Part shown: positions 11,801-24,500 of the stretch, one piece after another
Position numbering within the stretch: the stretch's first letter is position 1
Layout: every line of letters starts with the position of its first letter
Source of the DNA: Podarcis vaucheri
Taxonomy: Eukaryota
Reading direction: 5' to 3' (one strand)
NCBI GenBank assembly: GCA_965113315.1
Contig: OZ220365.1
DNA length: 64,000 bases
Notes under the pieces: generated by a model
Told to the model about the DNA's origin: nothing
The model's database searches: none
What the model saw: only the letters and a program-made list of their open reading frames with translations
Translations under genes and position numbers: made by a program

Positions 11801-13436
11801 ATTTTTTAAAGTTCACTACATTGTTACAGTTTAACATTACCTACAATGATAACAGTTAAGGACATTTTCTTTCCCCCCCTCTAAAGCAAGGGTGAAGAAT
11901 TAGTCGTCCTCCAGATCCTACTGGACAACAAGTCCCATCATCCTTAACTATTGGCTAGGGCTGAACATTTAGAGGTTTCCTTATCCTTGCTCTAAAAATA
12001 CAACCACAACATCAACACCTGGAAACATGCGTACCTCTCCCAATGAAATATTTTTACACTTAAATACTACCCAATTATTCCCTCAGTGCTTAGGAATTAC
12101 ATACCTGAAGTATATAAAGCCAGAGTTCCATAGCACTAAAAGGTGGAGTTAACGTGTCCCCCTGCCTAGTGAGTTTAACATGGTATGTGGCATAATGACA
12201 CTAACGTCATCCTGTGACAGTCAGCTGAAAGCCAACTACGAAGAGGCAGGCAGCTGTTTCTTTACTATCAGAAAGCAACAGGATCTCAAATATTCCAGTT
12301 CATCCTGGTTTGTAAGAAGATCCCCACTCTGCTTTTACTAGTGCTTCAGGTGTACAAGCTACAGAATTACTTCTTTACTCAAGTGGTGTTTAAAAGGCCC
12401 TTTAAAAAGATGACACATTTTCTGAACTCAGGAAGAAAACAACTGTTGGAACTGACCAGGGTCCTAATGAATTATTGCTGGAGCTACTGTATGCCTTCTA
12501 TAAACACTTCAGTGTGCAGTTGAAAAGATTCAGTTCTCTCGTTCTTCATCTGTCCTGACAGAAGCCACTTCCAAAGATACTTTATGGGCATCCCTGACCT
12601 TTCAGCTATTTCACTACATTTGTCTCTGTCACTAGCCTGTGCCATAGAGCACAACCTGACATGATGGGAGCCTCTGGACAAGAAATGGTACCCCATAGTT
12701 TTCTCTCCAATTCTTTTTTTTTTAATTTTTAAGGAGAAAGAAATGGGAATATGTCTCCTGAAGAGTTCTTTCTTTCTTAAAAATAGCTTTTGAAATAACT
12801 GCCATCAAGAGCAGTATGCATGTAGTTAAACACACATGCTATTACTATTTCAGTGGGCCCTAACATAATACCGAATCAAACAATACTTAACCAAACAAGT
12901 AGGAACTGGATTGACAGCCAGGTGTCGAGAAAGAATGATTTAATTTTAACTCCCTGTTAATTTAACTTCCACTTCCCCAGTATTACCATGATGACTTGTT
13001 CACTTAGCATGTTGTTTTGAACAATGAAAACTTTCGTTCTTTTGTTTTTCAGCTACGGTGACTGAAAGAATGATGCAGCTGAAAAGAGGGCCTACATCCT
13101 ATAATTTATTCTTTTTAGAAGGGTGGAGCGAGAGGAAATGTTTTCTTATTGTTTCCTTTTCACAAATACACATAGCAACAGCATTAGCAGCTATCCTTTT
13201 ATACATAAAGAAGGCACGTAAGTGATGGATGTCTAGCTCATGGATCAGCATACTATGTTATATAAAGGTTTAAATACTGAGTTTCTTCAAGCCACCTTGA
13301 TAAATTTTATGTTTATAAAAATCTAACACTGCTTCTCAGCCTAGCCTAATTCATGGGGTTGTTGTGGGGATTAAATGATGAGTGGGAGAACAATGAGCAC
13401 CAAGGTAAGATGTAAATGCCATGTAATAAATAAAAT

Positions 13437-13920
13437 GTGTTTTATGTGGGCTAACCTTTGAAGACCGCTCATAAAGTGCAGTTAGTACAAAATACGGCAG
13501 CTAGGATATACTGGGGCAATGTGTGTGGAACACATCTCACTACTCTTAAAATAGCTGCAGTGGTTTCTGGGCCCAATTCAAGGTGCTGGCTTTGACTCTT
13601 AAAGCCTTAAATAGTGGGACCTAATATAACTCAAAGGAATGCTTTCTCCCACATGATACTATCCAGGTATTAACGTCCTCACTGGAAGCTACTCTGTAGG
13701 TTCTTCATGATGACCCCTCAATAGAGCTTTCTCTGTCATAGCAGCCTTGGCTTAGAATGTTCTCCCAAATAAGACCTGCTTAGTCCCATCTCTGTTTTAT
13801 TTTGCAGGCAAGGCAAACACCTATTTACCCAGGCTTTTTAATGTGTATTAGCTCCCCCCCCGCCCCCTAGCCTGCTTTCAGTATTTTATCGTTGATCATA
13901 AAAATAGTATAAATAAATAA
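13437..13920 (+). mobile_element. Degraded L2-clade LINE 3' fragment
   Basis: gcagttagtacaaaatacggcagctagg...ggcccaattcaaggtgctgg...aaagccttaaa is similar to the 8100-8290 segment; ends in ataaataaataa. Confidence 0.6.
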
Positions 13921-16622
13921 GATTTAGGAGTAGTTGCAACACAGATCATATGTCCAACAATTTATCCAATTTCACTTGAATTATTTAGCTGTGATCAAAC
14001 AGCCGAATATACCTTACAATGAATGTTCCTATATAGATAAACAAAGCCTCAAAAAATAAGAACTGAAGTCAATCACTTTAAAATGATACCACTACATAAT
14101 CTCCAAGTATTTGACAAGCCTTCATGGAAAGGTTAGTAAAAAAATACAATCCAAGCACATGCATGTGCACATACACAACACAGGTGTATCTCGGAACATT
14201 ACTCTAACTACAGATGTTAATGACAGCATTAATATTTCATAAGCATGTTTTTCTCCATTAAATCAGCTCACTACTTACATAATTACATGAGGTGATATTT
14301 GAGTAATCTCTCAAAAATATTATGACAGAGAATGATTATTTGTGCAAATTGAGCCTACCAAAATCTACCAAAAGCTTTGTTTAGCCCGTATAAAAGATGC
14401 TGTTCTCCAACCATTTCTTTGTAAATGAGGAGTAAGTATTAGATTTATTGAGTTATATTGGCATTATTCTTGAAAGCAGAGCAGGTATCTCTTATTTTGT
14501 TTTCCATTAATGAATCAGCTGAAATCCAGACCAGAAAACAGATTATTGGATTTTGATCTGGGGCTAGCCACAAGATTGGGCAACTCACCATCTCTTGATC
14601 TTAGCCCCCCCACCCCACCCTGCCGATCAAATGACAATTATGAGAATGTGAAAAGGAACACGGTAAAGGCCCCAAACATAGTTAAATCTGTGGCAGGACA
14701 TAATGAAGAAAGTTACAGATATCTCAATTCTAAAGGGAGTGTGAGGGGCATGGAATCAAGGAAGAATAAGTATTTCCTTCTGCTAACTTTTCACTTGACA
14801 AAGGAGACTATAATGAAATCAAATGAGGATACTGGCTATCCAGATTCCTTAGAAGAATCCAGATAAGTAGTTAATTATGAGAAACAACCACAAACATTTC
14901 AAGAACTTAAAGTACTGTTCAAAACAGCCTTGGCAGTAGTTCCAGACCTGTGTGTAGTAAGACAGATGTAACCCAGTATTCTCAGAGTTCAGTGTATATA
15001 AAAGAGTAAACGGGAGCTGGACTTCCTATTCCCTACAGCAAACCACCAGAGCCCAAAAAGCTCTACTGAGGATTAGGAGCCTCTGCTGAATGGATTACAG
15101 GGGAAGGGGGACCCCCCCCAATCATGCCATGGTACCTTCCATAAGTGGAACTCCCACAGGTGGAAGGTGCTTCTGCCTCATTTTGGGGGACCCCCCTTCT
15201 CCCACAGTCCATCCCACTCAGCAGAGGCTCAGACCTCTTGGTGAAGCATGTTTGGGGGCAGGGGGTGGGTTGCAACGGCAAGCAGGAATGTCAGCTAGCT
15301 CTGTGCTTAACTCTGGATCCAATCCATTATTTACACATATTCATGTTTGCCAATACAAAGCCAGCAATTTTAAAAAAGTTTTTTCAGCCAGCTTGTGATG
15401 TGGCAAAGAAGATCAAACCAAGCAAGCGAGGCCACCCTAGCACAGAAAAATGATGTTAGCTGCTTCCTACATATTAGCTGATGTTCAGGCTGATCAATTA
15501 AGTGCCATTTGTCAACAGTTTCACAGTATCCCCACCTAAGTCATGTGCATGGTATATACTAGGTACATTTTAAAGCTTCTAATTCTGTTTCTCATAGCTA
15601 ATCATTTAATTGGGCTATATGGGAGTGTGAAATAATGCAAGTCCATAGAGATAACTAGCCTATTACAAGTTTCCTGGTCATTCCCCAAAACTGTGACATC
15701 CGGATCCAGTTTATATCAGTTGAAGTTCTGGTCCCCTTTCTACATGCAAGCCTTTCCATGTTGTTTGTTGTAGGAGGATACATTTAATAACTAGAAAGGA
15801 ATGAATTTACACCCTCCCTTAGCTCCGTGGTCAGTTTATTTAGCCACAGTAGCAGCACAGGTTATAGCTGTTCCACCACAAGTTGCAGGACAGGGACAAA
15901 AATGATGGGCCGTCCCTACCATTATTAACTAGCTGAACTTCACGCCTAGCTATAATAGCTACTCTATATGAAGGAATAAACAGGCAACCAATTGCTCATC
16001 CGGGATAATTTTTTCCAGCCCTTCTGAAACAACAACAAAGAATGTACCCACTCCAGAGACATGGACTGAAATATACCTGTGCGTCCAGCTACAAATAAAG
16101 GTGCACTGCCCTAGATAAACAAGTCACATAAATACAGGCTACTTATTTAATGACCTGGCCTTAACATCATCCTTTCTTCTTGGAACCCTATAAAGAACTG
16201 ATACAATAAGCCTATTAAAAAAACACACCTTTGTCTAATAATTCAAGGAAAAGCAACCCATTTCAATGCAACCATAGTATTTCACTACCTGATCCAGGAG
16301 TAGAGAATATTGTTCTCTCCTACAGATAGGTATGCTTAGAACCCGAATCTACAATACAATCTTTAGAAATTTCCATTCCTAAATTAAGTAACATTCTTGT
16401 CTATTTAGCAACACAGACATAAGTCGATTTATGCCAGTTTGGAGATGTTTGTGCTTTCCTGTGCAGAAGGTATTTTCTCCAGGTGCATTTCTAGGGGTGA
16501 ACCTTGGAAAGCCGTGGCACCCAAACATTAGAGAGTGTAGAAATCAAGAAGACAAACCCACTTCCAAGAACAATGTGATCTGGCTACCAGGTTTGAATCA
16601 TCCTTTGCAAACATGTTCTTAC

Positions 16623-16805
16623 CTCTTTGCCATGTCCTGCATATTTGAAAATCAAGTTCCTTGGCAAGGAAGACTCAGCCTGGGTTACATTGCAGCCTTC
16701 TGTGCTGGGCTCCGTGGGGTGATCATTTACAATGTAGGTACACTTGTCTTCAAATTCAGCCTCTGTCCATAGAGTCATGTCAGCATCCTTCATGTCCATT
16801 TTCAT
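16623..16805 (-). CDS. PRDM1: PRDM1 exon 2, coding part from the MKMDM start
   Basis: ATG at 16805 (A at -3); 61 codons [30 protein letters not shown]...[19 protein letters not shown]; GAG|gtaaga donor. Two in-frame TGAs lie just upstream, so this is the first usable ATG of the main frame. The whole exon is 16623-16872 (ttttccag|GCTGCC acceptor). Confidence 0.96.
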
Positions 16806-16841
16806 TATCAACTCTGGTCCTTTTCTTCACTGCTCTGGGAT

Positions 16842-18485
16842 TCACAATATACGAGCTACACAGTGTGGCAGCCTGGAAAAGAAAAGAAAATTTACTTCCC
16901 ATTCCTTTCTCAGCACCTCTAGCATTGTGACCTAAATGCTGTCTATTGGCAATTAGATGGCATTAGTGGGATAGCTGAGGACTGACACCATATACCCTAT
17001 ACCCTATAAATTGAGCTGCCTTCTTTGAAGGAATGCTTTCAAGAGCTGGGGCTGGTAAAAATAACAAAGTCACAAAAAGTAATAGGAAAAGCATGTCTGA
17101 GAACAGCACCTGTGCACACCTCTTTAGAACCTTCCCTCAGTATCTGAACAGTAGGGGTGGGGGGATGAATCTGCAGATTCAAGGCTTTGTGTGCAAAAGA
17201 GCCTGTGGAAAAGCTGCCTTGGAAAAGTGTCATAAACAAGGAAAGGAAAAGGAAGGAACTGCTGTCTGCGTCTGAATGGGCTAAAAATGGAAAGTGCACG
17301 TTGGACGAGCGGAACACAGGCTTGCCTTTTCCAAATGGGGAAGGCTGAACTTTCCCACCGGCTTCTAACACACAAACAACTTTCAAAAACAACGCTCCCC
17401 TCCCCTCTATTGACATCCTCTTATCCTCTGACACACAGACAGCTGAGGGAGACTGTATCCTACCAACATCAGTCTGAAAACAGCCAGTCTGAAATAACTA
17501 GAAATATCCACTTGGATCAGAAAGAGACAAAAATACAGTAGTATTGTTTTCTGTGCCTTCCAACAGAATTAAATACAAAGTGCAAAATCTACCATCAATA
17601 CAGGGATTGAACTGCATTAGATATGCTGTATGGCATTGGCTCACTATTTCAAACCTCAGCCATGTACTCTCTTTCCACAGGCAAGCCTCCCCTCTGCTTC
17701 AGTTTCCCATCTACAATATCAGGAAAATATTTTTTTAGGGCTCCTATAATTGTTAGCACATACTATTTGTGTTCTACTCTCATTCAGAAAAGAACATATT
17801 TTAAAAGAAGCGGAGTAATAGTATTCTGTGGAAAAACTAAATATCTGAAGAACACACTTACAGAATTAAGTTTTACTTACCCATTAAAAAGATAATGTTA
17901 ACATATCATTTTGTTTCCCCAGGTATAAAGTTACTGGATTAAACTACAGCATTTTCCAAAACAAAGGCTTTAGGCTCCAGCATTGTACTGCTAATCCTAC
18001 CAGAGATTTTCATTTGTATCTGAGTAAAGCAGGGTCATATTTCCAACTCAAAGAAGTGTTTTTCAGAAGATGAAGTGTTTGGAAGAACACAGTTGTCAAC
18101 TTAATTCCACACTTCCTCACAGCATTGAGCAGATTTAATAGTTCTTCATACGGTGCTTTTAATGGGCTTGATGAGATCAAACCCTAGTACAATCTGAACA
18201 ATACCTTTACCACTTTGTAGGCTATGACAAGAGAACTAATACTGAAACTCCGTGAACCGGCAGTTGCCACTAGCAGTGAAAGAATTAATCATCATAAAAA
18301 CAAAGGTCTCTCGAACTTAAAGAGAAAGTCTCCAAGGAGAACCTTAACAGGTTTGCCGTCTCCATTCAAAAGAGTGCTAAAATCATCTGTCTCCCGGACA
18401 GGAGTAGGAAGAAAATTTCTTACCAAGGTACAGTCCACAAATAATTCCAGCTGGCAGCGCGACGTTTCAGGTAAGTCTCACACAT
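16842..18485 (-). other. Spliced uORF2, join(18485-18424,16872-16842), 30 aa MCETYLKRRAASWNYLWTVPWLPHCVARIL*
   Basis: ATG at 18485; 62 nt in exon 1 plus 31 nt in exon 2; TGA ends at 16842, 36 nt before the main ATG. Translation itself is not demonstrated. Confidence 0.75.
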
Positions 18486-18670
18486 ATCTACAGAGTAAAC
18501 ATTACTTCTTCCACTGGCCGGGTTCAAGTAATACCAATAGAGCTAGCTTCTTTTGCTTCTGCCTCTGTCTTTACTGTCAGACAGGTGCTGCTGCACTTAC
18601 TGCTTCAACTTCTTTGAAACACTGGAGGGCTGAATGTTACGATACTTTCAGTCTGTGTTAACTAAACAGA
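18424..18670 (-). other. PRDM1: PRDM1 exon 1 (5' leader); 5' end approximate
   Basis: Donor ACCTTG|gtaaga at 18424/18423. Minus-strand GTTAACACAGAC...GCCCTCCAGTGTT near 18618-18662 resembles the start of the human PRDM1 mRNA as I recall it. The TSS is inferred. Confidence 0.85.
18488..18502 (-). other. uORF1 in the PRDM1 leader (MFTL*)
   Basis: ATG TTT ACT CTG TAG; the first ATG downstream of the inferred TSS. Confidence 0.75.
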
Positions 18671-18830
18671 CTCTTCCTTTCTCCTCCCTGTTTCAGGTTT
18701 CCTATTAGCCACTCATCTGATTTACTCACAGTCACGGCTGCCAAGAGCAGGGGGTGGGGCTATACCTGTAACTCACACAGGTATATCCAATGAAACTCTG
18801 ATCCAGTCAGAAGGAATTTTTCCTTTCAGC
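18660..18830 (-). promoter_or_regulatory. PRDM1 proximal promoter (candidate; no clear TATA box)
   Basis: Directly upstream of exon 1; SP/KLF box GGGGGTGGGGC at 18750-18760, CCAAT at 18787-18791, kappaB-like GGAATTTTTCC at 18813-18823. Confidence 0.65.
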
Positions 18831-21330
18831 AGATCACACCAATACAGTTTTTCCTGTTAACACGTATGCCTGCTAACATTCTACTGGCATCCAGCTTAAC
18901 TCACATGCAAAAGGACAAACATTTGGTGGTGTAACACTAGAAACTATGACCTAGTGCTTAAATCTGTTCATTTTAACTGGGCATTTTTTGAACAAACATG
19001 CTTACAATTTCCAAAAAAAAAGTATTTACAACAATATTGTTCTCCAGGTTGCATATTTTCTTACAGTTCTGAGTAGTTTTATATTTTACAAGGTAATCTT
19101 ACACATGTCTACTGAAAAGTAAGCCCCACTGGGTCCAGCAGGACTTGCTCCAAGGTAAGTGAATGTAAGATTTCAGCCTTAACTTTGCACTATTTTAAAA
19201 GTGCATCATTTCAAAGTGGAAACTAAGCCTGTCCCTGCTTTAAGAGAGAATGGGTCATATGCTAACAGAAAGAAAAGTTCCATCAGTGATGCTTTCATTA
19301 GACACAATCACTTAAAGAGCATGTTGCTGATCAAATAAGTATTGGTGTGAATATAATTAAGAGGAACATGTGCTGTTTCTTTTTCCTCCTCTCCCTGTTA
19401 GTGAATTGCCTTGAAGGAAGGACATCCTGTGATGATGGCATACAGTGTCCTGTTTGTTTATTATTGAGCGCACAGACCTTGCATTCCTATTTCTCATTAC
19501 CAAACAAACCAGATGCCTAACTTCCTTCAGTGGTCCTTGTCCTTCATTGAGGAATCCTTCAGCTTACAACAGTTATGATGATGCATCCTTCCAATTATAG
19601 TCACTCACAATATTACAAACATCACCCAGTCAGTTCACCAAAGGACAAGTCTCCTACTTTTCCTTTTTACATCACATCAGCAGACATGTTTTTTTTATTA
19701 TTATTATCATGCCTTTCCTCTTGCGTGGGCAGAAACTTGTTTTGACTTGCTATAAAAATGCAAAACACAACTACCTGTCTATATGGAAATCTGCATTGTT
19801 CGAAGAAATGTCCATTCTGTCTGATGCATACACCATACCATCACCCTCCTGAAGTTCTTACAGAAGAAGGTGAAAGGGATTATATGTCATTCTAGGTGAC
19901 GCAGTACTGAGAATAGTACATATCTGTGTAAAGACCTTTGGCATCTTCTAATAGAGAAGTACTCATACCGTTGGACATAAGTAGGACAACAGCGCCAAAC
20001 AAGTGTCCTGGCTTAACTGTTACTGGTACGTAATTCCACAAGAAAGGTGGTAAGGGCATCATGCTGATGGGTATAAAGGTAATTGGATATGCAGTAGGAA
20101 GAAACATTTGTTTAAAGCAAAGAAATCTGGCCACCTTGACTTGGGTAATTAACTGATGCTGAGATAGAATCAGAGGACTATTAACAACAATAGAGGCTAC
20201 TTAAAAACATACTCAGCATTGACATAGTAAGTCTGTGGCCTATAGATATATGGTAACCCACACACCAACACATTCCTGTAGCTACTCAGAAATACATTGA
20301 TTTGGGGAGGGATCTTCATAACCTCAGCTTTATCACATGGCTGGAAGTTACAGATGGCTAGCTCTCCAAATCAGGAGTATAAATTAAAATGACCACCCCA
20401 CAGCTAATGGTTGTCTCTTTTCATTCAGGGTGGCCAGAGATCAGTTTCTGTCTATTGCTCCCATAACATCTGTGGGAACAAATCATGTAAATCATGTGAC
20501 TGACATGGTTTCTTCCCACCATGTCACTGTCCTACAGTGATGGGCAACCTCAGATATCCATGGCAACTGACATGACAGCTTCCTATAAATGTTACTGCTA
20601 ATAAGCAACAGAACTTGTCCTACAGAAGCAGTGAACATGCAACTCATGTAACATGAAGTGGCCTGAGTCACTTCACATGGAGTGGAAAAACAATGTAGTC
20701 ATACTGAAGCTGTCTACCCCACCCACTATACCAAGATATAAGTCTCACTTTGACATGGATATGTCTCAGAGCTTTCTAGGTCCCTGGTAATTTAAAAATA
20801 AAAAGAAATTACAAAAACAAAATTATTAACAAACAACTTTTTAACGCAGGCTTTTTCTTGCCCCATCACTAAAAAAGAATGGTGATTCTTCTTGCCTATC
20901 ATGAAATAGCTATTTTGCTTTTCATTTGATTGAAACAATGACAGTGGGCGTTGGAAGGCTAAACTCTGTTTGCCCACCATTGATTGTGTGGGCACTGATG
21001 ATATTCAGCAGAGTACAAAAGCGAGCTGCCGGCACAGCATTAATTACCATTGTAGAGCACAGTTGCAGTTACTGCTCCTATGCACATACCTGCGTTACAC
21101 TAGGACTAAGGACACTTAGGATCCAATCTCTGTTCAGCCATTCAATATATGCTAGACTAACCTACTACAGCAGTTAAAATGCGGGTGGGAGAAAACCATG
21201 TATGCTAGTTAAAAAAATTTGAGGAAATTTTATATAAAAGGTGGAGCTCATATGTGATGCCGCAATGAAAAATGAGATATACCACTTCCCCCTGCCCCTT
21301 TTGCCTTGTGATTGCATTGTCATCAGTGTA

Positions 21331-21556
21331 CAGTGGTACCTCAGGTTAAGAACGTAATTCGTTCCAGAGGTCCGTTCTTAACCTGAAATGGTTCTTAACC
21401 TGAGGTGTGCTTTCGCTAATGGGGCCTCTTGCTGCCGCTGCACCACTGTCACGCGATTTCCGCTCTTATCCTGGGGCAAAGTTCTTAACCTGGAGCAACC
21501 ACTTCCTGGTTAGCAGAGTCTGTAACCTGAAGTGTCTGTAACCCGAGGTACCACTG
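21331..21556. mobile_element. Tc1/mariner (Tigger-like) MITE
   Basis: TA|CAGTGGTACCTC...GAGGTACCACTG|TA, with TA duplication; same family as 62751-62965. Confidence 0.9.
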
Positions 21557-24500
21557 TATCATGGAGAGTTGCAAGAACTGCATAACACTAACTGTGACTG
21601 TTCAGAAGGGATTGAAGGTTTTTAGTGACATTCCCCCCCCCCCCAAGGCTTCATATATACGTAGGTCTTTCTTAGTAAAAGTACTGGATCAGAATATCAG
21701 TATCTCCAGCAAAACAAAGTGAAGATGAACACATAACATAGCAAACATATCAGATTAAAGGTGGCAAATAGGACATAGCTTCTGTCCCTTATATATGCAC
21801 ACAGCCAATGATTTCATGACTTGTGTGCGCGCACAAATGTGTGCTTGTACCTATATTTATCAAGGTGTGAGTGACTTGACTGGCAGTTTTTTTGTTTTTG
21901 CATAGGATTCTCTCATAGCAGTAGGTGCTGTCATCTAGAAATTGCAGTCTCAGTGTTGTTTGTTTCAGAAAAAGGACTTTTTAATCATTTTCATTTTCCC
22001 CTCTTTGCTCACAGAAAACCTCAACTACCTTATTAGTCAGCATTTCTGAGACAGGTCTCTCTCTCTCTCTCTTTCTCTCTGTATGTGTGCAATAGCTTGC
22101 AGTCCAGCAGCAAATCATGAATGGCTCCAACAGGCGCTGATGTCAGAAACTCTCTCTTCACCCCCACCCCACTTCCTTTGATGGTATCAGCCACTCTAGC
22201 TCCACAGTAAACTGATGCTACTCAAGCTTCAGCTGCAGCTGCTGTTTTCTTCAACATTTTTTTTATTCCTATGCCTATACATCATTTAAAAAGGGGGAGG
22301 TAGCAGGACCAAGAGTGCAATGTACCTGGAAAATGGCTGGAGAAACTTTCTTTAGGGGCCTTAAAGTGCCCCAAAGATTAACACACAGCTATTTTCACAT
22401 CCTCCCCCTTCTTACACAAAGGTCAGTGACAGAATGACCACATCAACAGAAGCAACAAATCCCTTCATTTTCCTCCTCCTCCATATTGGCATTGTTATGG
22501 CTGTAAACATTTAGGAGGCAACCAGATCATGATCCTAAAAATGAGGATAAAGGCACCGATGCGTGCCTTTTACAATGTGACATGCTTAAAAAACAAATCC
22601 TAATGTACTCTCCTCCAATTTATTATTGCATTTATATCCCGTTTTTTTCTTCCAAGGACTAGAAGGTGGTGTACATGGTTCGTTCCCTCGCATGAGGAAA
22701 ATTAACCTGGTCACTTCAGGCCCCTCCAAATCTGGAAACAACAAAATGCTCTGCACACTTCAAATGCCAGCTTGAGAGCAATAGTACTCCAGGATGCTTT
22801 CTTGAGAAAGCAGCTTTTCAGATGAAGAATCAGAGTGCATTCCAAATTTACCTAAGGTTTATTATTAGTATTATACGGTGTCAACACACACCTCATTTTT
22901 GAAAGAAAAAAATGTGCACGGTGCTACGTTATTTATCTTATTCCTTGCCATATGTTGAAGTCAGAGGCTGCCATCTGGATGTGGAAGATGTCACTGAATT
23001 GCTTTTTTACACCTTGTGCTAAAGGATTGCATGAGAAAAATCAAATGATTTGGGGTGGGGGGGGAGAGAAAGAGGGCAAGTCCACTTATGCAACAATAGA
23101 TGTTGCCTGCATCGTGCAAGCATTTGTGGGACAACGCTACTGGCTATTTTCTTTCCACCCATGGAAAGATACTAAATGTCCCAGAGGTAGCAATCCATGG
23201 GGAGAGCTAGCTTTATTATAATATATACGACCCTTCTCCTGCCTCATTGTGAGTCTAAATGAATGCGCAAAGCATTGTAACTTGTTCTGGAATACCCAGT
23301 ACTAGCTAAATTCCACTTAGTTTGACATTCATTCCCTTCTTAAAGGGATTCTAAAAACAAGATAACTCTAACAGAAAATGCTTAGGTATACCAGCTAGCT
23401 CTGAATAAATACAGGTAAAGTTTTGTATCTCCCTTCTCAATCTTGCCCACTGGATGAACAAGCAGATGTTGCATTAGGGATCCTAATGTAATGACTATAT
23501 AATCAGTCATTAATCATACCAATGTACATACATTTCTTAATATTTCTTTATAGCTTCTTCTATCAAATATTCTCCCCTCTTTACAGATAAGAGAATCAAA
23601 GTTAATATATGGCAGCTTTTCCAAAGCCACCTGCAAAGTACATGCATTAGCAGTAATTTGAACTCAGGACACGTTTCTATCCATTGAATTGACTTAATTA
23701 ATTGAAGATGTTCTGATGATTTATACTGTACATTTTGTTTTAAAACAGGGTTGGCAACAAAGGAAGAGAACAGGCACAAAGACTTCTTAGAACTAAAAGT
23801 GTGATCAATGGTTGAAGAGGTGTGGCTGCATTACATTTAGTGGTGAGTAATAAGTGGTGACCTTAAGGAGTTTTGCAATTGCTATTTGTTTTTAAGTAAG
23901 TGTCTCTTGAAATAACATTATACAATCTCCTAGCTGAAATGCACTTATGAACATCACTTACCGGTACTCCTAAAAACCAACCCTTAAGCAGAATGAAACA
24001 ACAAAACATACTCTTTAGAAACCGATTGCCTTAATTCCTAAAGGCACTCCATTACCATTGATCACATTTTCTTACTCTAAGAAAGTTATCCCTTTTCCTC
24101 ATTCTCTGGAGAGGTGGTTTTCACTTCCTACCTATCTGACAATGGTGGTTGCACCCTTTCAATCCAGTCAAACTGGCATGTATCAAAACAAAAATTTCAT
24201 CTGTTCTCATTAAATAGCTGACACCTTATCCTTCTTTCCAAATGTTGTAAATGTTTGCTTTGCAAAATCCAGGAAAGCTTTTAAAACAAAGAGAACCGAG
24301 AGCCCTCCTTATCAACAGGCTATTGTTATCAACAGGCTATTGTTTTCCCACTGGGGCTCATTGAGTAAGGTTGACCTAAGGAAGGTTAATGTTCAAATAG
24401 GTGTTTCTCAGTTCCAGCAAAAGAATACAGGTTGCTGACAGAAAGGCATCACAAGGGTCTTCATCCTGACTTCCTTAAGAAGACAACATGTCAAGGAAGT

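Noticed and set aside
24309-24342. 17-bp tandem duplication TTATCAACAGGCTATTG x2
   Set aside because: Ordinary slippage or micro-duplication with no further structure.
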